DNA of 11,400 nucleotides from a virus: UHGV virus genome UHGV-1549577; one strand, 5' to 3'. Shown piece by piece: positions 1 to 7,190 of this stretch (position 1 is its first letter; each line of letters starts with the position of its first letter). The notes under the pieces were generated by a model. It saw only the letters and a program-made list of their open reading frames with translations, ran no database searches and was not told where the DNA came from. The position numbers and the translations under genes were made by a program.

Positions 1-204
1 GTGGTTGACCTCTGTGACAGTGAACTTGATCACCGAATTGCACTTCAGTTCGGTGGTGGTAATGAGGAGACGAATCTCTGGACGCTCTGCACCGAATGCC
101 ATCGACAAAAGTCTGCTCGTGAAGCGGCGGGTGGTATGCCGGACCCGACGCTGCCGGAGGTGTCCGGAGGTAGTGGCAGAGCGGACGACATCATCGGACT
201 GTAA
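1..204 (+). CDS. HNH endonuclease, 3' end only (5' end lies outside the window)
   Basis: Translation ends ...LCDSELDHRIALQFGGGNEETNLWTLCTECHRQK, a His/Asn/Cys-x2-His pattern typical of HNH nucleases, with TAA at 202-204. HNH genes sit immediately upstream of terS in HK97-like phages. Confidence 0.75.
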   Translation: MVDLCDSELDHRIALQFGGGNEETNLWTLCTECHRQKSAREAAGGMPDPTLPEVSGGSGRADDIIGL

Positions 205-212
205 CCCGACCC

Positions 213-222
213 GGGGGGGGGG
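213..222. repeat. G10 homopolymer tract just after the HNH stop
   Basis: Ten consecutive G at 213-222, read directly from the sequence. Confidence 0.9.
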
Positions 223-298
223 ATCATCCGGCGTAAAAAACGATCGCTTTGGACACCGCGCCCCCTCTCACGCAGAGAAAAAATTCCCGTTTCAGGGC

Positions 299-421
299 AG
301 TTAACATGTTAACTGGCTGCCCGGGCATTTTTGCGGTTTTTATCTTTATTATTCAGTTTGTTGTGCGGAAAAAATGTTAACAGGCTTTTTCAGCAAATGT
401 TAACCAGGCAGCAGTTAACAT
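299..421. promoter_or_regulatory. Putative cos/packaging recognition region with clustered GTTAAC motifs
   Basis: Five GTTAAC hexamers at 300, 308, 376, 399 and 414. A perfect 16-bp palindrome AGTTAACATGTTAACT lies at 299-314. Direct repeats AAATGTTAAC(C)AGGC lie at 372-385 and 395-409. The region sits between the HNH and terS genes, where HK97-like phages carry cos. The function is inferred, not shown. Confidence 0.4.
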
Positions 422-495
422 TTGCGGCATGAGACGCCGGGAAAAATGGGCTGAACCATACCCGGCTGAGTGCGTTCTGGACCCGGGAGGAGGCT

Positions 496-1059
496 GTGCT
501 GACAACGCAAAAACGAAAATTTGCGCTGGCGCTCATGTCCGGGAAAAACAAAACAGCGTCAGCCATTGCCGCCGGTTATTCGGCGAAGACCGCCAGGGTT
601 AAAGGCTCGCAGCTGGCAAAAGATCCGGAGGTGCTTGCGTTTATAGCCCGTAAACAATGCGAGACGGTGGAGGTGGATGAGGTTCCTGTTTACCGGCAGA
701 AAAAATCAGAGCAGGAGGATAAACCCCGTCGCCGTGAGGCGGCTGCAATACCACAGCCGGACGAAAACAATCCGGAGATGCCACCGTCCGCGGTGATGTC
801 TCCTGGTATTGAATATATGGAGGATGGTCTTCCCGATCCGGTGAAAGCCATGGGGCGGATCCTGGTGGAAAACCTCTGCATTGATCCGAAACTGGCACTG
901 GATGCGGCCTGGCGTCTGGCGCAGTTCACGCACCATAAAAAAGGGGATGCCGGTAAAAAATCGGCAAAAGGTGACGCGGCGAAAAAAGCGGCTAACCGTT
1001 TTGCGGTGCCACCACCACCACGACTGGTGGTGAATAACGATAATGAGGGCAACGGATGA
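496..1059 (+). CDS. Terminase small subunit
   Basis: N-terminus KRKFALALMSGKNKTASAIAAGYSAKTARVKGSQLAKDPEV matches the helix-turn-helix region of the small terminase family. It has a GTG start with GGGAGGAGG just upstream, and its stop overlaps the terL start (ATGA at 1056-1059). Confidence 0.8.
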   Translation: MLTTQKRKFALALMSGKNKTASAIAAGYSAKTARVKGSQLAKDPEVLAFIARKQCETVEVDEVPVYRQKKSEQEDKPRRREAAAIPQPDENNPEMPPSAVMSPGIEYMEDGLPDPVKAMGRILVENLCIDPKLALDAAWRLAQFTHHKKGDAGKKSAKGDAAKKAANRFAVPPPPRLVVNNDNEGNG

Positions 1060-2717
1060 TACCAGTGTGGAGCACGGCCTGCCCGGACTGGGCAGAGCGC
1101 CTGAAAAAGGGGCTGTCGATTATTCCGGCTCCGATTTATCCGGACCAGGCCGCACATGCCCTGGCGATTTTTAAACAACTGCGGATTGTGGATGCACCGG
1201 GGAGCCCGACGTTCGGGGAGTCCTGTGCACAGTGGGTGTTTGACCTGGTGGCGGCTCTGTTTGGCTCCTACGATGCGCAGACCGGTGTCCGCCATATCAA
1301 GGAAGTGTTCATTCTGATACCCAAAAAAAACAGCAAGTCCACGCTGGCCGCCGGGATCATGATGACGGCGCTGTTACTGAACTGGCGGCAGGCGGCGGGT
1401 TACACGATTCTGGCCCCGACTGTGGAGGTGGCAGCCAACGCCTTCAATCCTGCCAGGGATATGGTACGACGGGACGATGATCTGGATGACCTCTGTCAGG
1501 TGCAGACACATATCCGGACCATCACCCACCGGGTGACGGACACCACCCTTAAGGTGGTGGCAGCCGATCCGAATACGGTGTCCGGTATCAAGTCCGTGGG
1601 TACGCTGATTGATGAGTTATGGCTGTTTGGCAAACAGTACAAGGCGGAGGACATGTTACGTGAAGCCATAGGCGGCCTTGCCTCCCGCCCGGAAGGGTTT
1701 GTGGTGTATACGACCACCCAGTCGAATGAGCCGCCTGCCGGGGTGTTCAGGCAGAAACTGCAGTACGCCCGGGATGTGCGCGACGGCAAAATTAATGATC
1801 CGCACTTTCTGCCGGTGATATTTGAACACCCTCCTGAAATGGTGGAAAGCGGGGCTCACCTGCTGATGGAAAACCTCGCCATGGTCAATCCGAATCTCGG
1901 TTATTCGGTGGATGAGGCTTTTCTGTACCGGGAGTACCGTAAAGCCCGGGAGGCTGGTGAGGAAGCATTTCGTGGCTTCATGTCAAAACATGCCAATGTG
2001 GAAATTGGTCTTGCCCTGCGTTCTGACCGCTGGGCGGGGGCGGATTTCTGGGAGCAGCAGGGCAGGCGCGTCAGCCTGGACGATATCCTGCAGCGCGCTG
2101 ATGTGGTGACGGTGGGGATTGACGGCGGGGGCCTGGATGATCTGCTGGGAATGTACGTGATTGGCCGTGACAGGGAAACCCGCGAATGGCTGGGCTGGGG
2201 CCATGCCTGGGCGCATGAAACCGCGGTGGTCAGACGGAAGAGTGAGGCATCCCGTTTTCAGGATTTTGTGGCCTGTGGAGACATGACGATTGTCCGTCGG
2301 GTCGGGGATGACACGGCGGAAGTGGCGGAGTATGTGCGTCGTATTCATGAGGCTGAGTTACTGGAGCATATCGGTATTGACCCGTCAGGTGTGGGGCAGA
2401 TTCTGGATTCACTGGCGGAAGCCGGGATCCCCGACGGAATTGTTGTGGGGATAAGCCAGGGCTGGAAGCTGGGCGGGGCCATAAAAACCACCGAGCGCAA
2501 ACTGGCTGAGGGAGTACTGGTGCATGGTGGTCAGCCACTGATGGCCTGGTGCGTTGGCAATGCCCGGGTGGAGCCTAAAGGTAACGCTATCCTTATTACC
2601 AAACAGGCCAGCGGGCGGGGGAAAATTGACCCGCTGATGGCGCTCTTCAATGCGGTATCCCTGATGTCCCTGAATCCGGAGCCGAAAAAGAAAGAATATG
2701 CGGTTTTTTTCATATAA
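1056..2717 (+). CDS. Terminase large subunit (HK97-type, ATPase plus nuclease)
   Basis: 553 aa. It has a Walker A-like segment LIPKKNSKST, a Walker B-like LIDE, and C-terminal acidic motifs VGIDGGGLDD and GIDPSGVG typical of the RNase H-like nuclease domain. It is translationally coupled to terS. Confidence 0.9.
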   Translation: MIPVWSTACPDWAERLKKGLSIIPAPIYPDQAAHALAIFKQLRIVDAPGSPTFGESCAQWVFDLVAALFGSYDAQTGVRHIKEVFILIPKKNSKSTLAAGIMMTALLLNWRQAAGYTILAPTVEVAANAFNPARDMVRRDDDLDDLCQVQTHIRTITHRVTDTTLKVVAADPNTVSGIKSVGTLIDELWLFGKQYKAEDMLREAIGGLASRPEGFVVYTTTQSNEPPAGVFRQKLQYARDVRDGKINDPHFLPVIFEHPPEMVESGAHLLMENLAMVNPNLGYSVDEAFLYREYRKAREAGEEAFRGFMSKHANVEIGLALRSDRWAGADFWEQQGRRVSLDDILQRADVVTVGIDGGGLDDLLGMYVIGRDRETREWLGWGHAWAHETAVVRRKSEASRFQDFVACGDMTIVRRVGDDTAEVAEYVRRIHEAELLEHIGIDPSGVGQILDSLAEAGIPDGIVVGISQGWKLGGAIKTTERKLAEGVLVHGGQPLMAWCVGNARVEPKGNAILITKQASGRGKIDPLMALFNAVSLMSLNPEPKKKEYAVFFI

Positions 2718-2743
2718 CCCTGTTCACCCTGTAACCATCATGG

Positions 2744-2764
2744 ACCGCTGCGGCGGTTTTTTTA
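2744..2764 (+). terminator. Intrinsic-terminator-like hairpin plus T-run between terL and the capsid gene
   Basis: Stem ACCGC (2744-2748) pairs with GCGGT (2753-2757) around a 4-nt loop, followed by a run of T through 2764. Confidence 0.4.
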
Positions 2765-2780
2765 TTTTCAGGAGGCTGAT

Positions 2781-4718
2781 GTGACTCTTAAACGGGCCTG
2801 CTCCCTGCTGACGGTGAAATCCTTCAGTGAGGATGAGCGGGTGATCACCGGGATTGCGTCAACGCCTTCTCCGGATCGGGATGGTGACATCCTGGAGCCG
2901 GAGGGCGCGGAGTTTGGCAGTGCGATCCCGTTTCTCTGGCAGCATGACCATTCCCGCCCGGTGGGGCAGTGTACGGTGCGCCGGGTCAGCGAAGGGCTGG
3001 AAATCACGGCAACACTGGCGAAGCCCGTGCCGGATATGCCATCGCAACTGGCTGCCCGGCTGGATGAGGCCTGGGCGGCCATTAAGACCGGGCTGGTCAG
3101 GGGGCTGTCCGTGGGCTTCCGTCCCCATGAATACACCTTTCTGGACGGAGGCGGACTGCATTTTCTGCGCTGGGAGCTGATGGAGGTGTCTGCCGTCACC
3201 GTGCCCGCGAATGCGGAATGCACCATCCGGACCATTAAATCTTACGACCGCCAGTTTTCTGCCGCGTCCGGCAACCGGAAACCGGTGGTGAAAATCGCAT
3301 CTTCTGCCGGCGCTGCGGCACAGTCAACAACCGTTTTTCATAAGGAAAAGACCATAATGAATATTGGCGAACAGATTAAAAGTTTTGAAAACAAGCGTGC
3401 AGCACTGGCAGCCTCCCTTGAGGAGGTCATGACCAAAGCCGCAGAGGAAGGGCGCACGCTGGATGTGGAGGAGGAAGAGCATTACGACAACACCGCAGCG
3501 GAAATACGTCAGGTGGATGCGCACCTGAAGCGCCTGCGTGAACTGGAAGCCGGTAAGGCCGCCACGGCGCAGCCGGTGAAACAGGCCGGTAACGGGAATG
3601 TGGCCGCGGTGGCTTCTGCGCCGGTGATCCGTGTGGAGCAGAAACTGGATAAGGGGATTGGTTTCGCACGTTTTGCCAAATCGCTGGCTGCGGCTAAAGG
3701 TGTCCGCTCTGAAGCCCTGGAAGTGGCCCGTCGTCAGTATCCGGATGACAGTCGTCTGCATCATGTCCTGAAATCGGCAGTGGGCGCGGGGACCACCACG
3801 GATCCGCAGTGGGCAGGCAGCCTGTCTGAATATCAGGAATACGCACAGGACTTTATTGATTACCTGCGTCCTCAGACCATTATCGGGCGATTTGGTCAGG
3901 GCGGGATCCCTGCACTTCGTCAGGTGCCGTTCAATATCCGTGTGCACGCCCAGGTGTCGGGCGGTGCTGCCGGCTGGGTGGGTGAGGGTAAGGCAAAACC
4001 CCTGACGAAGTTTGATTTTGAATCCATCACCTTCAGTCATGCGAAGGTGTCGGCCATTGCGGTACTGACGGAAGAATTGATCCGTTTTTCCAGTCCGGCT
4101 GCTGATGCACTGGTCCGTAATGCGCTGGCGGAAGCGGTGGTGGCGCGTCTGGATACAGACTTTGTGGACCCGAAAAAAGCCGCAGTGGCAGATGTCTCCC
4201 CGGCGTCCATCACCCATGATGTGAAGGGCACGGCATCAAGCGGTAACCCGGATGCGGATGCAGAGGCGGCGTTTGGACAGTTTGTGGCAGCAAACCTGCA
4301 GCCCACTGGTGCTGTCTGGCTGATGTCCAGCACCAATGCCCTGGCGCTGTCCATGCGTAAAAATGCGCTGGGTCAGAAAGAATACCCGGACATGACCCTG
4401 CTGGGTGGCTCCTTCCAGGGGCTGCCGGTGATTGTCTCCCAGTACGTGGGTGACCAGCTGGTGCTGGTGAATGCCCCGGATATTTATCTGGCGGATGACG
4501 GCGGCGTGGCAGTGGATATGTCCCGCGAGGCATCACTGGAAATGCAGTCTGAGCCGACCGGCGACAGTACCACGCCGTCGCCGGTGGAGCTGGTTTCCAT
4601 GTTCCAGACAGGCAGTGTGGCCATCCGTGCGGAGCGCTGGATCAACTGGCGTCGTCGCCGTACCGCGGCGGTGGCGGTGATCACCGGAGTGAACTACGGC
4701 AGTGCGTCCGGCGGCTGA
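2781..4718 (+). CDS. Prohead protease-major capsid protein fusion (HK97 fold, with scaffold-like delta domain)
   Basis: 645-aa single ORF with GTG start and AGGAGG 5 nt upstream. The N-terminal ~150 aa carry HK97 prohead protease motifs (DRDGDI, LWQHD, GLSVGF, LMEVSAVTVPAN). From aa 193 (MNIGEQIKSFENKRAALAASLEEV...) there is a coiled-coil delta-like segment followed by HK97-family capsid-like sequence. Confidence 0.85.
   Translation: MTLKRACSLLTVKSFSEDERVITGIASTPSPDRDGDILEPEGAEFGSAIPFLWQHDHSRPVGQCTVRRVSEGLEITATLAKPVPDMPSQLAARLDEAWAAIKTGLVRGLSVGFRPHEYTFLDGGGLHFLRWELMEVSAVTVPANAECTIRTIKSYDRQFSAASGNRKPVVKIASSAGAAAQSTTVFHKEKTIMNIGEQIKSFENKRAALAASLEEVMTKAAEEGRTLDVEEEEHYDNTAAEIRQVDAHLKRLRELEAGKAATAQPVKQAGNGNVAAVASAPVIRVEQKLDKGIGFARFAKSLAAAKGVRSEALEVARRQYPDDSRLHHVLKSAVGAGTTTDPQWAGSLSEYQEYAQDFIDYLRPQTIIGRFGQGGIPALRQVPFNIRVHAQVSGGAAGWVGEGKAKPLTKFDFESITFSHAKVSAIAVLTEELIRFSSPAADALVRNALAEAVVARLDTDFVDPKKAAVADVSPASITHDVKGTASSGNPDADAEAAFGQFVAANLQPTGAVWLMSSTNALALSMRKNALGQKEYPDMTLLGGSFQGLPVIVSQYVGDQLVLVNAPDIYLADDGGVAVDMSREASLEMQSEPTGDSTTPSPVELVSMFQTGSVAIRAERWINWRRRRTAAVAVITGVNYGSASGG
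3357..4718 (+). CDS. Possible independent major capsid protein from an in-frame internal start
   Basis: An in-frame ATG at 3357 lies exactly at the protease/capsid junction, preceded by AAGGA at 3342-3346. Whether it is used is inference. Confidence 0.35.
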   Translation: MNIGEQIKSFENKRAALAASLEEVMTKAAEEGRTLDVEEEEHYDNTAAEIRQVDAHLKRLRELEAGKAATAQPVKQAGNGNVAAVASAPVIRVEQKLDKGIGFARFAKSLAAAKGVRSEALEVARRQYPDDSRLHHVLKSAVGAGTTTDPQWAGSLSEYQEYAQDFIDYLRPQTIIGRFGQGGIPALRQVPFNIRVHAQVSGGAAGWVGEGKAKPLTKFDFESITFSHAKVSAIAVLTEELIRFSSPAADALVRNALAEAVVARLDTDFVDPKKAAVADVSPASITHDVKGTASSGNPDADAEAAFGQFVAANLQPTGAVWLMSSTNALALSMRKNALGQKEYPDMTLLGGSFQGLPVIVSQYVGDQLVLVNAPDIYLADDGGVAVDMSREASLEMQSEPTGDSTTPSPVELVSMFQTGSVAIRAERWINWRRRRTAAVAVITGVNYGSASGG

Positions 4719-4732
4719 GTCTGATAAGGAGG

Positions 4733-4754
4733 ACGGGAGGTGTGCGCCTCCCGT
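4733..4754 (+). other. Stable stem-loop just after the capsid stop codon
   Basis: Stem ACGGGAGG (4733-4740) pairs with CCTCCCGT (4747-4754) around a 6-nt loop. There is no downstream T-run, so it is not a classic intrinsic terminator. Confidence 0.45.
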
Positions 4755-4762
4755 AACAGGTT

Positions 4763-4984
4763 ATGGCAAAGATCCGATATCTGCATGGTACGCATGATGC
4801 CCGGGTCGGGGATATCCGTGATGTGGCACAGCCGTGTGCGGAGGTGCTGGTTCGCCTGGGAAAGGCGGAGTACATCACGGTGCGACGTCCGGCAGGTCAG
4901 AAAAAGAAACGTGATGCGGAGCATGGCGAATGTGGAACCTTTTACGGCGAACCCGAAAAAACCAGAAATCAGGACGTGACGTAA
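4763..4984 (+). CDS. Hypothetical small basic protein (73 aa)
   Basis: ATG-initiated ORF in the 211-bp gap between the capsid and portal genes. Its translation is more protein-like than the overlapping frame at 4740-4979. It overlaps the portal start by 55 nt. I recognise no motif in it. Confidence 0.35.
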   Translation: MAKIRYLHGTHDARVGDIRDVAQPCAEVLVRLGKAEYITVRRPAGQKKKRDAEHGECGTFYGEPEKTRNQDVT

Positions 4985-6294
4985 GAGAGGCGGGCTGGAC
5001 CAGCCTGTTTCAGGCGGTGGCTGAGCCCTTTGCCGGTGCCTGGCAGCAGGGCGTGAAAACCGATCCGGAAAGTGTCCTCTCCTTTCATGCGGTGTTTTCG
5101 TGCATTTCGCTGATATCCCAGGATATCGCCAAAATGCGGCTGCGCCTGATGCAGACGGATACACAGGGGATCCGCCGTGAAAAACGGCAGGGGGATATTG
5201 CCCGTCTCTGTCGTCGTCCCAATGCACAGCAGAATCGTATCCAGTTTTTTGAACTGTGGCTGAACGCCAAACTGCGTCACGGCAATACGGTGGTGCTGAA
5301 AATCCGTAATGCCCGGGGGCAGATCAAAGAACTGCGTATTCTGGACTGGAGCCGGGTTGAACCTCTGGTGGCGGATGACGGCGAGGTGTTCTATCGCATC
5401 ACGCCGGACCGGAACTGTGGGATCACTGAGGCGGTGACGGTGCCTGCCCGGGAAGTGATCCACGACCGGTTTAACTGTTTTTTTCATCCGCTTATAGGAT
5501 TGCCGCCGGTGTATGCCGCCGGGCTGGCGGCCATGCAGGGGCATCATATTCAGGAAAATTCGACGTCTTTTTTCAGAAATGGCGGCAGGCCGTCCGGGGT
5601 GATTGAGATCCCCGGCAGTATTACGGAAGAAAATGCGAAAAAACTGAAGAGCAACTGGGACAGCGGGTATACAGGCGAAAATGCGGGTAAAACGGCCATT
5701 CTGAGCAACGGGGCAAAATACAACCCCACGACGTTTTCACCGGTGGATGCGCAGACGGTGGAACAACTGAAGATGACCGCTGAAATTGTCTGTTCGGTGT
5801 TCCGTGTCCCGGCCTACAAGATTGGCGTGGGACAACCGCCTTCCAGTGACAACGTGGAGGCGCTGGAGCAGCAGTATTATTCCCAGTGCCTGCAGACGCT
5901 GATTGAGTCCATTGAACTGTTACTGGATGAGGCGCTGGAAACGGGGGAAAACGAGAGTACAGAATTTGATGTCACCACGCTGCTGAGAATGGACAGTGAG
6001 CGGCGCATGAAAACGCTGGGGGATGCGGTGAAAAATACGCTTCTCACGCCCAATGAGGCCCGTAAACGGGAGAACCTGCCGCCTCTTGCGGGAGGTGACG
6101 CACTGTATCTTCAGCAGCAGAACTACAGTCTGGAGGCGCTGTCCCGTCGTGATGCCCGTGAAGATCCGTTCGCGTCGTCCGGGAAAAGAGTTTCAGCCGA
6201 GCTGCCTGACGGCGCATCTGACGGTAATAAGGCAATCAGTGAAACAGAGCATGATGTGGTGAAGGCGATGTTCAGGGGGATACTGAAAAAATGA
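4930..6294 (+). CDS. Portal protein (HK97 family)
   Basis: 454 aa. Segments FFRNGGRPSGVIEIPGSITEENAKKLKSNWDSGYTGENAGKTAILSNG and CSVFRVPAYKIGVG match the conserved portal core. GGAG lies about 10 nt before the ATG. Confidence 0.85.
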   Translation: MWNLLRRTRKNQKSGRDVREAGWTSLFQAVAEPFAGAWQQGVKTDPESVLSFHAVFSCISLISQDIAKMRLRLMQTDTQGIRREKRQGDIARLCRRPNAQQNRIQFFELWLNAKLRHGNTVVLKIRNARGQIKELRILDWSRVEPLVADDGEVFYRITPDRNCGITEAVTVPAREVIHDRFNCFFHPLIGLPPVYAAGLAAMQGHHIQENSTSFFRNGGRPSGVIEIPGSITEENAKKLKSNWDSGYTGENAGKTAILSNGAKYNPTTFSPVDAQTVEQLKMTAEIVCSVFRVPAYKIGVGQPPSSDNVEALEQQYYSQCLQTLIESIELLLDEALETGENESTEFDVTTLLRMDSERRMKTLGDAVKNTLLTPNEARKRENLPPLAGGDALYLQQQNYSLEALSRRDAREDPFASSGKRVSAELPDGASDGNKAISETEHDVVKAMFRGILKK

Positions 6295-7190
6295 ATGAAC
6301 GTGAACTGTCCATTATCCGTGCACTGGGCGAAGAATTCGCCGCGGTGATAACGGATTTACAGCGTACATTTGAAGAAAAGATGGCTGCGCAGGCGCAGCA
6401 GTCTGAAGAGAAACTGGCTTCCCTGTCCGCGGTACTACAGAAGCATGTGACGCTGGATGAGGTTCGCTCTGTTCTGCAGGCGATGGTGGATGATGCGGTG
6501 GGGGCCATTCCGGTACCGCGTGATGGTCGTGACTATGATCCCGATGTTCTGCAGAAGGCGGTGAATGATGCGGTCGCAAATATTCCGCTACCGGCGGACG
6601 GAAAAAGTATCACCCCGGATGATGTGCGTCCGATGCTTGAACAGATGGTGAAGGAGGCGGTAAGCCATATTCCTGTTCCGCGCGACGGTCGTGACTACGA
6701 TCCGGATGTTCTGCAGAAGGCGGTTCTGGATGCGGTGAGTGCCCTGCCGGTTCCGCAGGACGGGCGTGATGCCACGGCACTGGAAATACTCCCCGCCATT
6801 GACGATCAAAAATCCTTTCCCCGGGGCACGTATGCCACACACCAGGGCGGACTCTGGCGGGCGTATGAAAAAACGCACGGGATGCGGGGATGGGAATGCC
6901 TGGTTGACGGGGTGGCGGATATTGACGTCAGCATGATTGGTGAACGGTCGTTCTCTGTGGTGATCCGGCAGAGCAGTGGTCAGTGTACGGAAAAAACATT
7001 TTCCCTGCCGGTGATGCTCTACCGCGGTGTGTTCAGAGCCGGTGAAATCTACCACCCCGGCGATACAGTGACGTGGGGCGGCTCGTTGTGGCACTGCAAC
7101 AGCATGACCGGCGATAAGCCCGGAGACATTCATTCATCCGGCTGGACTCTGGCTGCAAAACGTGGGCGGGATGCAGGAGGCGGAAAATGA
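6291..7190 (+). CDS. Head-module protein with N-terminal coiled coil, four tandem ~27-aa repeats and a carbohydrate-binding-like C-terminus; function unknown
   Basis: 299 aa. It is translationally coupled at both ends (ATGA overlaps at 6291-6294 and 7187-7190). Repeats of the form DAVxxIPVPRDGRDYDPDVLQKAV occur four times. The C-terminus (YHPGDTVTWGGSLWHCNSMTGDKPGD...GW) resembles a CBM5/12 chitin-binding-type motif. Confidence 0.8.
   Translation: MNERELSIIRALGEEFAAVITDLQRTFEEKMAAQAQQSEEKLASLSAVLQKHVTLDEVRSVLQAMVDDAVGAIPVPRDGRDYDPDVLQKAVNDAVANIPLPADGKSITPDDVRPMLEQMVKEAVSHIPVPRDGRDYDPDVLQKAVLDAVSALPVPQDGRDATALEILPAIDDQKSFPRGTYATHQGGLWRAYEKTHGMRGWECLVDGVADIDVSMIGERSFSVVIRQSSGQCTEKTFSLPVMLYRGVFRAGEIYHPGDTVTWGGSLWHCNSMTGDKPGDIHSSGWTLAAKRGRDAGGGK

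Noticed and set aside
299-421. Repeats considered as a CRISPR array or an iteron-type replication origin
   Set aside because: The motifs are 6-15 bp with irregular spacing and no unique spacers, so this is not a CRISPR array. The position between the HNH and terminase genes fits a packaging or regulatory site better than an origin, although an origin is not excluded.
1912-3180. Plus-strand ORFs in alternative frames (1912-2109, 2854-3180) and the short ORFs at 5-304 and 4471-4680
   Set aside because: They overlap confident genes in a different frame, or are low-complexity translations of the HNH or intergenic region. No independent coding support.
4740-4979. GTG-initiated 79-aa ORF in the capsid-portal gap
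   Set aside because: It is rich in AGG, AGA and CGG codons and its translation is rich in Trp, Cys and Arg. The overlapping frame at 4763-4984 is more protein-like, and even that is only a low-confidence call.
4763-4984. Possibility that the small ORF is the true N-terminus of the portal via a programmed frameshift
   Set aside because: The overlap has no canonical X_XXY_YYZ heptamer in the right register (the GAA AAA ACC codons do not fit). The portal has its own ATG with GGAG upstream and an N-terminus of plausible length.
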